Shown one piece after another: positions 28,284-37,494 of a DNA stretch of 64,000 nt. Within the stretch, counting starts at the first letter, position 1, and the number at the start of each line of letters is the position of its first letter. The notes under the pieces are model-generated. The model was not told the DNA's origin and did no database searches. It saw nothing but the letters and a program-made list of their open reading frames with translations. The position numbers and the translations under genes are program-made. The stretch comes from a virus. Where the stretch lies: the IMG/VR virus record IMGVR_UViG_3300046779_000879, positions 1 to 64,000 of that record; one strand, written 5' to 3'.

Positions 28284-28764
28284 TATGCATCTTTATTTTT
28301 TTAAATATATTTTCTAATTCAATAATAGTAGTTTTTGTATCTACGTGTAAAATGCCCCATCCACCTTTTTTCACAAATGGATCAATGCATCCTGGAGAGT
28401 CATCAATTAAAATTGACATAGAATCAGCAAAATTTGCTTTTTCAGGCTTGCATCTCACAAAATTTGTTTGATAGAAGATGTTGTTTCTGTCTAACCATGC
28501 TCTTTTTTGCACTTTTGCTTGATACCCACGCTCCTCATCGAATGTTCCGACAGAAGTGAGGATCTGAATGTCGATAAGACGCAAACATGCAACATAATCA
28601 AGCAATTCTTTGGCATCAGGCATTGGTTTTAACAGTGTAAAAATCTTATGATCCAATACTGCATGTCTAAAACGCTGATGATCGGGCAATTCTGGTAAAA
28701 TTTCTGCAAATTTTGAGTCAAAATCACAAATAACACCATCCATATCAAGAAAAAGTTTAATCAT
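28267..28764 (-). CDS. HAD-family 5'(3')-nucleotidase-like protein
   Basis: FLDMDGVICDF..ILTS..K..W..ILIDD..GG.GILH. Confidence 0.85.
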   Translation of the reverse strand: MIKLFLDMDGVICDFDSKFAEILPELPDHQRFRHAVLDHKIFTLLKPMPDAKELLDYVACLRLIDIQILTSVGTFDEERGYQAKVQKRAWLDRNNIFYQTNFVRCKPEKANFADSMSILIDDSPGCIDPFVKKGGWGILHVDTKTTIIELENIFKKIKMHNAYTT

Positions 28765-28783
28765 AATGTGTTTTTTTAAAATA

Positions 28784-29185
28784 TTAACGAATACCAGCTG
28801 GTTTAGGAGGAATTTTTGTGAATTTTGAGAAATCTGGAGCCTTCCAATCTTTTGGTTTTAAGATTTTTCCATCGGCACGACGTATAACACGTCCAGTATC
28901 TTGATCAATTTTGTATAAATTACTTTTTGCACCTTCATCCCACGCTTTATCAATGTCCCAACCACGTGTTTTTGCGTATGCAACAATAACCCATATCATA
29001 TCAAAGCAAGCATCAAGCTGTTCAGCATCATCATTATTAGAAAATGCCTCTTGAAACTCATTGTATTCTTCTTCGATGAGTTGTTTATACAGTTCTGATA
29101 GTGCAGTAGGTTCTGTTGGTAAGGATGGTGTTGCATGGTCACATGCTTTCATAAAAACATGTACGTCTGTGAATACTTTACTCAT
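28784..29185 (-). CDS. MazG-like nucleotide pyrophosphohydrolase
   Basis: LIEEEYNEF..LDACFD..SNL.K..RRADGKILKP..W..PD. Confidence 0.85.
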   Translation of the reverse strand: MSKVFTDVHVFMKACDHATPSLPTEPTALSELYKQLIEEEYNEFQEAFSNNDDAEQLDACFDMIWVIVAYAKTRGWDIDKAWDEGAKSNLYKIDQDTGRVIRRADGKILKPKDWKAPDFSKFTKIPPKPAGIR

Positions 29186-29478
29186 TTGTTACGCTCTGTA
29201 TCAAAATATTGAGGAGATTTGTCTAATGGAAATTCTGGAAGATCATGTTGTGGAGTATCCCACTCTTCAGTGTTCCATTCTGGATCATTACCATAGTATT
29301 CCTCATCTGGAATAAAATCTAGTGTTCCTTGTGTGTGAAAACCAACTCCACTAAGAAACATTTGAAAATTCTCAATAACTGTATTAATATGGTCAGTAGT
29401 AAACTCGGTGCTTACTTTGTGACCAGATGGTTTCCCATAAATGTCTTCGTGTTCTGCAATAAATGTATATTTTGTCAT
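29182..29478 (-). CDS. hypothetical protein
   Basis: ORF with RBS; FQMFLSGVGF motif. Confidence 0.6.
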   Translation of the reverse strand: MTKYTFIAEHEDIYGKPSGHKVSTEFTTDHINTVIENFQMFLSGVGFHTQGTLDFIPDEEYYGNDPEWNTEEWDTPQHDLPEFPLDKSPQYFDTERNK

Positions 29479-29592
29479 CAGTCGTGCTCCTGTAGTATCC
29501 AATATAATTGTTTAATAGTTTCTTTAAGTTCTTGATTTTCTGTTTCAAGTCTACTGACTTTTTGCAGCAATTCTAATATTGCTTCTTCAGTA

Positions 29593-29793
29593 TCACTCAG
29601 TGGTATTTGTAGATGTTTCATTTTCTTTTCTTTTTATTGACCAAGTACCATTTTTATTATCAATCCACTCAAGTGTATCACCAATCTGCCAACCAGCAGA
29701 TTCCATAATTTCATCAGTGAGAGGGAGAACTAAATCTCCACTACCATCGTCTGCTTCTTCAAGTTTAATTGTCCATGATGTAGGTTTATTCAT
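29593..29793 (-). CDS. AbrB/MazE-like DNA-binding protein
   Basis: GDLVLPL..E..GWQIGDTLEW. Confidence 0.7.
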   Translation of the reverse strand: MNKPTSWTIKLEEADDGSGDLVLPLTDEIMESAGWQIGDTLEWIDNKNGTWSIKRKENETSTNTTE

Positions 29794-30121
29794 AGTTTAT
29801 CTCCAACCAATTAGTATCTTCTGGTAAAATCTCAATAGTAATTGCATTCTTAGATGCATTGTCAATCATATTCTGAAGAACACTACGACCATATCCATTC
29901 GTACCATAAGATGCTTTGTGACAAGCATATGTGGAGCCACTGCTTCCGTCAAACATGATACACTGACCATCTTCATACGCTCTTGTAATACCACTGTTTA
30001 GTTTCCAAGAATCAGCACCTGCCCATCCACCATACCAACAAGCAAAAACTTTATGGAGTGGTGGATGTTTGTCACTGGATATCTTAACAACTACCCAACA
30101 ATCTGGAGTATATTCACTCAT
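29786..30121 (-). CDS. conserved hypothetical phage protein
   Basis: YTPDCWVV..W.GG..G.DSWKLNSGI..G.SGS.Y.C. Confidence 0.75.
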   Translation of the reverse strand: MSEYTPDCWVVVKISSDKHPPLHKVFACWYGGWAGADSWKLNSGITRAYEDGQCIMFDGSSGSTYACHKASYGTNGYGRSVLQNMIDNASKNAITIEILPEDTNWLEINYE

Positions 30122-30987
30122 ACTTCTACTACCTTTAATTTAAAACGATCTGCACGATCTTCGTAGTTGATGTAACCACGAGGATTACAGACAACACGAC
30201 AACTTTTAACCATATAGTCAAAGTCTTCGTGAGTATGACCATGAGTCCACAATTTAATTCCTGGACGCTCCATGATAAAGTCATCCAAGCGAGAATTGTA
30301 AGCACCATTCATCAAGGTGTCATGCTTGTATTTTGGATGCTCAGAACCTTTGCTGGGTGCGTGATGAGTACAAACAACAATAATCTTCCATGGAGGAATA
30401 TTATCATATGCTTCTTCAATCACTCTTAGCATGGCTTTGTGGTCTTCAACAACATGTCGTGGAGACAAAGTTGCTGGACGACTCTGAAAACGAACTGTCT
30501 TATGATCATCTTTAGTATCAAAGACTCTGTAGCTGACCATCTCATCACTATTCTCGCAGATTTGAAAGTCATTCATACGACGAGAAACATAATTCATGGT
30601 CTGCTCACATTCACCATTCATATCAGTCCAAAGTGTTCCACCGATAAAGACGTGGTCATTTAATTCCCATATATCTTTATCAAGAACATGAATGTTTTCC
30701 AGATGCTTCAATGCACGCTTAATGTGAACAATAGACTCAGCAAAGTCACCATGATAGTGCTCATGATTACCCATAATATAAATCACGTGAGGAAAGTTTT
30801 TTGAACATGCAGTAAAGAACTCCATGTAACGATCCGTCTTTGCAGAAGAAAGAATACTGTCCGTGACTTGCAGATCTACTGCAGTGCAGATATCTCCTGA
30901 AAGCACAAGTACCTCAGCATTCTCAGTATTCTCTAATTCAAGTTGCCCAAACTCTAGATGGACATCGGAGCAAATTGCGATTTTCAT
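30118..30987 (-). CDS. calcineurin-like metallophosphoesterase
   Basis: SDVHLE; GDI; GNHEHY; TLWTD; THHAP; HGHTH; NPRGY. Confidence 0.92.
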   Translation of the reverse strand: MKIAICSDVHLEFGQLELENTENAEVLVLSGDICTAVDLQVTDSILSSAKTDRYMEFFTACSKNFPHVIYIMGNHEHYHGDFAESIVHIKRALKHLENIHVLDKDIWELNDHVFIGGTLWTDMNGECEQTMNYVSRRMNDFQICENSDEMVSYRVFDTKDDHKTVRFQSRPATLSPRHVVEDHKAMLRVIEEAYDNIPPWKIIVVCTHHAPSKGSEHPKYKHDTLMNGAYNSRLDDFIMERPGIKLWTHGHTHEDFDYMVKSCRVVCNPRGYINYEDRADRFKLKVVEV

Positions 30988-31019
30988 TTATTTTCCAAAG
31001 CAAAGATTAACATAAGATT

Positions 31020-31048
31020 ATTATATCGCAATTCGTAATTAAAGACAA
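31020..31048 (-). promoter_or_regulatory. sigma70-type early promoter
   Basis: TTGTCT-17 nt-TATAAT. Confidence 0.8.
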
Positions 31049-31051
31049 GCA

Positions 31052-31654
31052 TTATCTAAATCTTGGTCCTGCAATCCAAACAACCAGTGAATATCTGGTT
31101 CCTCTTGTGACAGGGGTTACTTTATGCAGCAGTAGACTATTAAAGAAAAACGCTGCACCTTGTTCACGTGGAGCCAATTCTGGATATTGCAAACTGGTAT
31201 AAAGTTCTAAATCACCACCATCATAATCATTGGGATCAGATAGTTGCAAAGTCATAGAAAGTTTTCTTACTGAAAATCCAATACTATCTCGATCAATGTG
31301 TGCGTCATAATGACCTGTTGGTGCAGTATACTTTGTAAATTGTATACCTTCGTGTAATCCAGTCAGTTCAAAATTAAATAACTGTTCATTTACGCTTAAG
31401 ATAGTAGATTCTAATCTTTCAAAAATCCATTCATTTTCTTCATCAGGATGGAAGAAACGTACATCAGATTCTCTGACATTAGTTTTGACTACATCATTAG
31501 CAACCTTTGCGTTATGCAATAGCTTGGACTCACCAATCTTTATAATCTCTCTGCATTCCTCTGGGGTAAAAACTTTTTGACAGTGACCAGTGAGCCATGA
31601 TGACTCAGCATAGTTGATATTAAAGTTCCATTTTTCATTATAAGTCGAAGTCAT
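31052..31654 (-). CDS. 2OG-Fe(II) oxygenase (PKHD-type)
   Basis: HYDAHID..RKLS..LS...YDGG.L..H.VTPVTRGTRYSLV.W. Confidence 0.9.
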   Translation of the reverse strand: MTSTYNEKWNFNINYAESSWLTGHCQKVFTPEECREIIKIGESKLLHNAKVANDVVKTNVRESDVRFFHPDEENEWIFERLESTILSVNEQLFNFELTGLHEGIQFTKYTAPTGHYDAHIDRDSIGFSVRKLSMTLQLSDPNDYDGGDLELYTSLQYPELAPREQGAAFFFNSLLLHKVTPVTRGTRYSLVVWIAGPRFR

Positions 31655-31901
31655 CGTTTTCTTTCTCTAGTTCAAAGTGTTCTAGTACAATATTTTTAGC
31701 TGTCATGGGATTAAATTTAGTATCAGAAGCAATTAATATGGCAAACATGCACTCTTCAATAATCTCTCGAACTAGACTCTCTCGATCAACCCCATGAGTA
31801 TCAAACAGTTCATCTATTTTACTCATAGGATAATTCGATCCACTGCCACGAAAGTAGAAGGATGTGGAATATCCCAGCCCATGAATGCCAGTTTTACCCA
31901 C
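31638..31901 (-). CDS. hypothetical protein (start may be ~31827)
   Basis: ORF track; lies within operon. Confidence 0.45.
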   Translation of the reverse strand: MGKTGIHGLGYSTSFYFRGSGSNYPMSKIDELFDTHGVDRESLVREIIEECMFAILIASDTKFNPMTAKNIVLEHFELEKENDDFDL

Positions 31902-32005
31902 TGTTCCTTTAAGATTTCCAATGATTCTTCTTCACTGTCAGCCACAATGGTCACAGCAATGCCAGCTGTTTTGTGTTTGTAAATGTATTTAAAATTACCA
32001 TCCAT
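31823..32005 (-). CDS. hypothetical protein
   Basis: AAAGGA RBS downstream of an early promoter. Confidence 0.55.
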   Translation of the reverse strand: MDGNFKYIYKHKTAGIAVTIVADSEEESLEILKEQWVKLAFMGWDIPHPSTFVAVDRIIL

Positions 32006-32031
32006 GATACATCCTTTCTCTATCTTGTAGT

Positions 32032-32060
32032 ATTATACCGCATATCGCAATGTAAGACAA
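32032..32060 (-). promoter_or_regulatory. sigma70-type early promoter
   Basis: TTGTCT-17 nt-TATAAT. Confidence 0.75.
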
Positions 32061-32232
32061 TTATCTTTTCCAACGACTAGGATGTCCTCTATTTAAAAGG
32101 ACTCCAAACCATAGCATACGAATACCATTCTTTACTTGCAAGACTCCATTCCTCCAATAGTAGGAACGATAGTTTTTGGCTGCAACCCAGTCGTCCATTA
32201 GTCTAGTCTCTTTTTATCTCGGGATCGAAAAT

Positions 32233-32442
32233 TTAACCCTTGTAATGAGCCAAAGCAGTTAATGCTTCGAACTCACCCCATGTAAGAGAGATACTCTTAG
32301 TATCACTGATAGTAACATCGAATCCCTCGCCATTGTGCCATTCACATAGCTCGATGAAGTCGTGTTCCTTTGCAAGATGATCATAGTTCTTTAAAGCAGT
32401 CATCTTAGTCTTACGATTATACGTTTCCATTATCAACTCCAA
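32233..32442 (-). CDS. hypothetical protein
   Basis: IELCEWHNGEGFDV motif. Confidence 0.6.
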   Translation of the reverse strand: MELIMETYNRKTKMTALKNYDHLAKEHDFIELCEWHNGEGFDVTISDTKSISLTWGEFEALTALAHYKG

Positions 32443-32656
32443 AGTGTCTTAGTATTACATCTGAAGATCGATATGGTTCACATGTATCTGCAATATTAGC
32501 ACATTCTCTAATAATTAACTCTGCAAATTCCTGTAGACGAACATGAGAGATACAATGTTCCACCTTGGCATTAATAGCGATTTCTGTTAATTTTTCGTTC
32601 ATAATAGCACCAATGCTCCAATTACTAGAACATAGCATATTCCCATAATATGCCAT
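32417..32656 (-). CDS. hypothetical protein (likely start at MNEKL)
   Basis: FAELIIRECA motif common in phage proteins. Confidence 0.55.
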   Translation of the reverse strand: MAYYGNMLCSSNWSIGAIMNEKLTEIAINAKVEHCISHVRLQEFAELIIRECANIADTCEPYRSSDVILRHFGVDNGNV

Positions 32657-32746
32657 GCTCGTCTATATTCGTAGTTCATATGCAACCTTTCTAAGTCAAA
32701 ATTTTTCTCGGGGAATTTTTTAGTGAAAATGGGTTTCAAATCGTGT

Positions 32747-32841
32747 AACCCTCTATAGATTCATAGGGTAGAGAGATAGATGTGATGGGGGATAATACAT
32801 CGCTCCTCTATCGGACGGGACTCCTAAACCCTCTATAGATT
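32747..32841. repeat. 15-bp direct repeat AACCCTCTATAGATT, two copies, in a non-coding gap
   Basis: Copies at 32747-32761 and 32827-32841. Confidence 0.75.
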
Positions 32842-32969
32842 TATTCTAAGGGGAACCCCCTCTTACCTAGTGAGCCAATACAGACCAACAGGCACAGCGT
32901 AGATCGCCACAGCATATATTAACTGCGACACGGTATCTGCCATTATACTGAATTCTTTCATATTATTCC

Positions 32970-33176
32970 TTATTTGTTTATCTGAATATCATAACTAACA
33001 CGATTCATTTTGCTATCGTATACTGTAATCCTACTACTAATACCGACAGCATTAAACATGTTTTCATATAACTGAGCCACTGCCAGATTTATATTACTAT
33101 CGCTACCAATATTACGATTCTTAATCCTACTCTTAGTGGTGTAGAATGAAACACCATTTACTATTACTCTAATCAT
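32970..33176 (-). CDS. hypothetical protein
   Basis: AAGGAG RBS; 68 aa. Confidence 0.6.
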   Translation of the reverse strand: MIRVIVNGVSFYTTKSRIKNRNIGSDSNINLAVAQLYENMFNAVGISSRITVYDSKMNRVSYDIQINK

Positions 33177-33185
33177 AATAACTCC

Positions 33186-34085
33186 TTAAGCAGTTAACAT
33201 GTAAGTAGCAAGGTCTTTCCAGTCTTTGTTACTGGCACGAACCTTAGATACAGCGATAAGAGTACGCAGAGAGATCTCCTTGCACTCACTCTTAATCTTA
33301 CGAATCAGAGCCAGTGCGTCTGCCTTAATAGTGGCATCGTACTCAGGGAGGAATTCATCGCTTTTTGCAATAAACTCCATACGATCGATCTTCTGGTCCA
33401 AAGTCATGGACAGGTCGATCATCATACTACGACTACGAATGGCTTGGTCGATACGATCTTGGTCCATGTTCGAGATGAAAATCACACGACCAGTAAACTC
33501 GAATGAACGTGGCAGATCATCGTCCTTCATATCAGCATTCCAGCTAATGATGCGTTTACCGTAAGAGTCCAATGCTCCCTTTAGAAGATTCAGTGCCACT
33601 GGATCCTTCAGAACAGCGTCACAGTCATCGAACACAACGATCGACTTGTTGTTCTCGAACAGAGTGCGATATAGACCCTTGGCAGTCGAGAAACCCTTAA
33701 TCATGGTAAAACACTTGCGTGTATTGATGATTGAACCAACTTGGAAATCAGCAAGGTCACTGATGTCTTTATAGCCATTTGCTTCAAGTGTCTTGGTGAC
33801 AGTGTAAGTCTTACCCAAACCACCCTCACCAGTAATCACAGCTGATGGCTGAACACCAGTGGCAACCATGTTCACCAACTTCTCAACGAAACCGAAACGA
33901 GTGTTGATGTCGTAACGATTGGATTTTTCAACAGCTGCAGCAACTGCCACTTCGATGTCACCAACCATGGACTTCACACGACGCTCCACGTATGCCTTGG
34001 AATAAGACTTAATGGTCTTAGAGCCAACTTTCGCAAAGTAGTTACCAGATTTAGCATCAAATTCAACAGCAGTCACAGTAGTCAT
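33186..34085 (-). CDS. AAA-type P-loop ATPase
   Basis: Walker A GEGGLGKT; Walker B VVFDDCD; LLKGALD; VIFISN; AIRSR arginine finger. Confidence 0.82.
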   Translation of the reverse strand: MTTVTAVEFDAKSGNYFAKVGSKTIKSYSKAYVERRVKSMVGDIEVAVAAAVEKSNRYDINTRFGFVEKLVNMVATGVQPSAVITGEGGLGKTYTVTKTLEANGYKDISDLADFQVGSIINTRKCFTMIKGFSTAKGLYRTLFENNKSIVVFDDCDAVLKDPVALNLLKGALDSYGKRIISWNADMKDDDLPRSFEFTGRVIFISNMDQDRIDQAIRSRSMMIDLSMTLDQKIDRMEFIAKSDEFLPEYDATIKADALALIRKIKSECKEISLRTLIAVSKVRASNKDWKDLATYMLTA

Positions 34086-34113
34086 AATTTTCCTTAATTT
34101 CAACGATAGAGAG

Positions 34114-34142
34114 ATTATTCCTCAATTCGCAATTAAAGACAA
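34114..34142 (-). promoter_or_regulatory. sigma70-type early promoter
   Basis: TTGTCT-17 nt-AATAAT. Confidence 0.75.
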
Positions 34143-34161
34143 CACCTTTCTCTCCAAGAGC

Positions 34162-34233
34162 TAAGTTGTTGATTTTACAGGGAAAATCATGATTTTACAG
34201 GGAAAAATAACCCTCAAGAACTGGGGGTTATTT
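34162..34233. promoter_or_regulatory. IHF-consensus site, 17-bp direct repeat and stem-loop (copy 2)
   Basis: AATCAACAACTTA (34162-34174, minus strand); TGATTTTACAGGGAAAA twice (34170, 34190); AAATAACCCTCA..TGGGGGTTATTT. Confidence 0.6.
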
Positions 34234-34369
34234 CGATGGAGTAGACAGGTGTCTCTCCAGTTTCATGAGTAAGTAACCACTCTCCTACCACAAAAAACAC
34301 CTCATCGATCGAGTCTATAGAGTAAGCAACTACTTCATGCATTTCGGTCACAATTTTAACAGAGAACAT
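34214..34369 (-). CDS. hypothetical 51-aa protein
   Basis: Read by eye; AAGGA RBS and its own promoter. Confidence 0.5.
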   Translation of the reverse strand: MFSVKIVTEMHEVVAYSIDSIDEVFFVVGEWLLTHETGETPVYSIEITPSS

Positions 34370-34398
34370 AATATATCCTTATCAAGTCTAACACAGTG

Positions 34399-34427
34399 AT
34401 TATGTCTCAAAGTCAAATAAATGTCAA
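34399..34427 (-). promoter_or_regulatory. sigma70-type early promoter
   Basis: TTGACA-17 nt-CATAAT. Confidence 0.7.
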
Positions 34428-34448
34428 ATTTAAATTGCAAGTTGCAAA

Positions 34449-34751
34449 CTAGACCTCAGTCCAAAGATCTCCATCCTGAACAAACTGATTTGGCTGTAGG
34501 GGTTTCTTAGTAATAGGTGCGATGGGCTCAGCTGGTTTATTGGCACCACCACTAGTGAAGTTATGGATAGCGACTTCAGCTTCATCACTACCACCAGTGA
34601 GCCATGCTGATTTCTTCTGTCCGATTTTCTGCTTCTGTTCTGCCGTTAGTGGTCGTGAGTTGCCACAGCTACGTGAACAGAACTCACCACGCTTGGTATG
34701 CTTGACAGAACACTTAGGGCAGATTTTTTCTTTATACGCCATCATTCCCAC
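34449..34751 (-). CDS. small Zn-binding, NUMOD3-like protein
   Basis: CPKC..FCSRSCGNSR..EQKQKI. Confidence 0.55.
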   Translation of the reverse strand: MGMMAYKEKICPKCSVKHTKRGEFCSRSCGNSRPLTAEQKQKIGQKKSAWLTGGSDEAEVAIHNFTSGGANKPAEPIAPITKKPLQPNQFVQDGDLWTEV

Positions 34752-34799
34752 TCATTAACACAGAAACCACACTTCTCACTAATATACGTCCACCATGCA

Positions 34800-34991
34800 T
34801 CACCAATGCCTTATCGTATTCGCAATAATGACTAAACAAGTAATTACATGGATAACTACCCAGAAAGTCTTCAATGCAAGAGCAATTCTGGCTTCTTTCA
34901 GTGTTAGGATTGGAACATCTGGTCGATCGTCATCGGTATTTCCCATTAGATGACCAGTGGCTCGTGCCCAGATTTTTTCAAAACTATTCAT
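34800..34991 (-). CDS. small membrane protein
   Basis: IWARATG..IHVITC..IIANTIRHW. Confidence 0.6.
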   Translation of the reverse strand: MNSFEKIWARATGHLMGNTDDDRPDVPILTLKEARIALALKTFWVVIHVITCLVIIANTIRHW

Positions 34992-35169
34992 TATTCTTTC
35001 TCGGAGCAGTACACGAATCATTCCAGAGTTCCATCGCTTGTTTACGGTATTCGGCTAGTGATTCTTCTCTCTTCTTAGCGAATTCCTTTGCTTTTTCATC
35101 GTCCAATGGTAGCACTTCAAAGTCACCATTCTCCAGTGATTTGATTGTATTATTCATTTCTTTCTCCAT
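34984..35169 (-). CDS. hypothetical protein
   Basis: ORF in operon. Confidence 0.5.
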   Translation of the reverse strand: MEKEMNNTIKSLENGDFEVLPLDDEKAKEFAKKREESLAEYRKQAMELWNDSCTAPRKNNE

Positions 35170-35315
35170 ACACAGGATTTAGATGTAATGCAACAGGGGG
35201 ATTCTTCGGTGCAGTAGGTATATATGAGTAAGAGTGGTGTGCAGCCCGATAAAAGAAAAGAGACTAATAAGACTGCGATTTTCATTTCGTTTCCCGTAGA
35301 GATAGAAAGACAGAT

Positions 35316-35669
35316 CTATCGCTTGTTTGGTTTTGGTAGTTGTGGCAGTGATTTCCAATGCTCAATCCAACGAGAATGCTCATCGATTTTCTTCTCGTTC
35401 TCCATTTCTCTTGTACGAATCTCATTTAGATCTCGACGATAATCACCGAGTTTTTCATTCATCTTGTCGATCTTTTGCTCAATGTAGAGAGTCCTTTGAT
35501 CCATTAAATCAATGCGACTCTTAAAGTATTCGATATCGTTTCCACGACTTATAAGAAATGCAATGAGTATCAGTACGAGAAAGACGAGTGCAAGTAGAGT
35601 TGTAAGAATTACCTGACTCTTTTCGGAGGAATTTAGATCTTTCCAGAGATTCATGATCTCCACTCGCAA
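35316..35669 (-). CDS. membrane-anchored coiled-coil protein
   Basis: One TM segment followed by heptad repeats. Confidence 0.6.
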   Translation of the reverse strand: MRVEIMNLWKDLNSSEKSQVILTTLLALVFLVLILIAFLISRGNDIEYFKSRIDLMDQRTLYIEQKIDKMNEKLGDYRRDLNEIRTREMENEKKIDEHSRWIEHWKSLPQLPKPNKR

Positions 35670-35944
35670 CGTAGTGTACCATCTGTACCAGACTGTTTAA
35701 AGGCACGTTCGATCATCTTGCGATGTTCCTCACACGCACCATTTGTTTTAAAGGATGAATAGTCTATTGTATATCCGTTTAGTAGTAGAATTAAGACCCA
35801 CATTCTTTACTTGCCTTCCAATTGTCCCATGTGGTCTGTAGCCATTTTTCTGCTTCCTCTGAACTATCAAAGTAAGGACTGACGACTTTATCTTTATCGT
35901 CCACGTAAAAGTAGGTATAAGTATGCAGACCTGCATCTCGATAC

Positions 35945-36211
35945 TTAATGAGTTTCATTCTTCTTTTCCATCCATTGTTTTATGTCCATCATCTTCTCGT
36001 GTTCAATCATATCAATAATGTCGCTGGTCAGCCTGATCTCCATTTTGAGCCACTTCATCTTTTCTTCCAGCTTGCGCAGCTCATCTTGATAGAATGCCAG
36101 TTCCTTCTCCTTCCGAGCACGTGTGTCCAGCAGATCTGATATGATAATTAGTTTGGCATCACTCATCGTCGTCTCGGTATATCTCGTCGCCTGCCCAAAT
36201 AATATATCCAA
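35945..36211 (-). CDS. hypothetical coiled-coil protein (likely start at MSDAK)
   Basis: RKEKELAFY..L..L..EI.LT..II.MIE.E. Confidence 0.6.
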   Translation of the reverse strand: MDILFGQATRYTETTMSDAKLIIISDLLDTRARKEKELAFYQDELRKLEEKMKWLKMEIRLTSDIIDMIEHEKMMDIKQWMEKKNETH

Positions 36212-36450
36212 TAATTGCCATTACCACTAAAAATATTACAACTTCAATCATCTGCAACACCTCCTATCGTCACTGTAATTCCTTTATAACTTCTCTCTGG
36301 CTTACCACGATGGCTTCTAATTCTGCGACTCGCTTCTTTGCATCTGCCAGTTGTTGTTCCAGCGTTTTTATTGCTTCAATCATTGATAGGATTGATTCGG
36401 TTTGTTGTTCTTGGAGTGTTTTCATTTTCGTTTCCCTTGGAGATATAGAA

Positions 36451-37434
36451 TCACTGTAGATTCCGTTTAAAAATATTCCAGCATTCTTCCCATGTCCAGA
36501 CTTCGGATGATTTTTTTACCCTTTCCCTAGGAAGAAATAGAGCACTATTAATAGCTGTTTTCAGATCGTTATCCATTACACCATTCTCTGGAGTAAGTAT
36601 GTCAATTGGTCCAGGAACAGGATATGCAGCAACTGGTGTACCCAGTGATAGTGCTTCAATGATAACGATTCCAAATGTGTCGGTCTTGGATGGAAAGGCA
36701 AATACATCGGCACTATGATATTCATTGGCAAGTTCAGTACCAGACTTATAGCCCAGAAACTTTACGTGAGGATAGGTTTTCTCTAGTCTGGCTCGATCTG
36801 GACCATCTCCAACGATTCGAATATAATAATCAGTGAGTTTGCAAAGTGCGTCTAGATTCTTTTCTCTCGATACACGACCAACATAAAGAACACGTGGAAT
36901 CTTACTCTTAGTTCTTGATTGATTTGATTGTAGATTGATGCGATTGACACCACGAGTCCAAGGAATAATATCACCATCGAATCCATTGGCTCTTAGGTCA
37001 TTGACCATGGTCTTTGTGGTTGTCAGTACAATTCCAGAGTGCTTATGAAACCAGCGTACATAGGCATACGTCCATGACATTGGAATGCCATAGATTTGCT
37101 TTAGAAACTCGGGGAATTTTGTATGATAGCTAGTGTTGTAGCGTATTTTCTTTTTATCCAGATAGAGTCGTGCAGCGAGACCTATTGGACCTTCTGTGGC
37201 GATGTGAATATGATCCGCATGTATCGCTTCAATCGCTTTACCAATACCAAAGGGGATTGAGATCTTAACTTCAGGATAGCCCAAAGCATTAAAATGACGG
37301 AACTTCCTGGGATCAAGATAAACAATACGATACCCATCACGAGTAGCGTAATCTTCCAGGTTTTTAAATGTGGTAACGACACCATTGATTTGGTCTGGTA
37401 AATTATCTGTAATAATTAAAATTGTTTTTGACAT
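36451..37434 (-). CDS. GT4 glycosyltransferase (Agt-like glycolipid synthase)
   Basis: ITD...QINGVVTT; HIATEGPIG; YHTKFPE; YVGRVSREKN; FPSKTDTFGIV.IEA..GTPVAAYPV.GP.D. Confidence 0.88.
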   Translation of the reverse strand: MSKTILIITDNLPDQINGVVTTFKNLEDYATRDGYRIVYLDPRKFRHFNALGYPEVKISIPFGIGKAIEAIHADHIHIATEGPIGLAARLYLDKKKIRYNTSYHTKFPEFLKQIYGIPMSWTYAYVRWFHKHSGIVLTTTKTMVNDLRANGFDGDIIPWTRGVNRINLQSNQSRTKSKIPRVLYVGRVSREKNLDALCKLTDYYIRIVGDGPDRARLEKTYPHVKFLGYKSGTELANEYHSADVFAFPSKTDTFGIVIIEALSLGTPVAAYPVPGPIDILTPENGVMDNDLKTAINSALFLPRERVKKSSEVWTWEECWNIFKRNLQ

Positions 37435-37494
37435 CTTCCCTCAACTTTAAAACTCTCAAATTTTAACCAATAAGTCATAGATTGTAATGCACTC

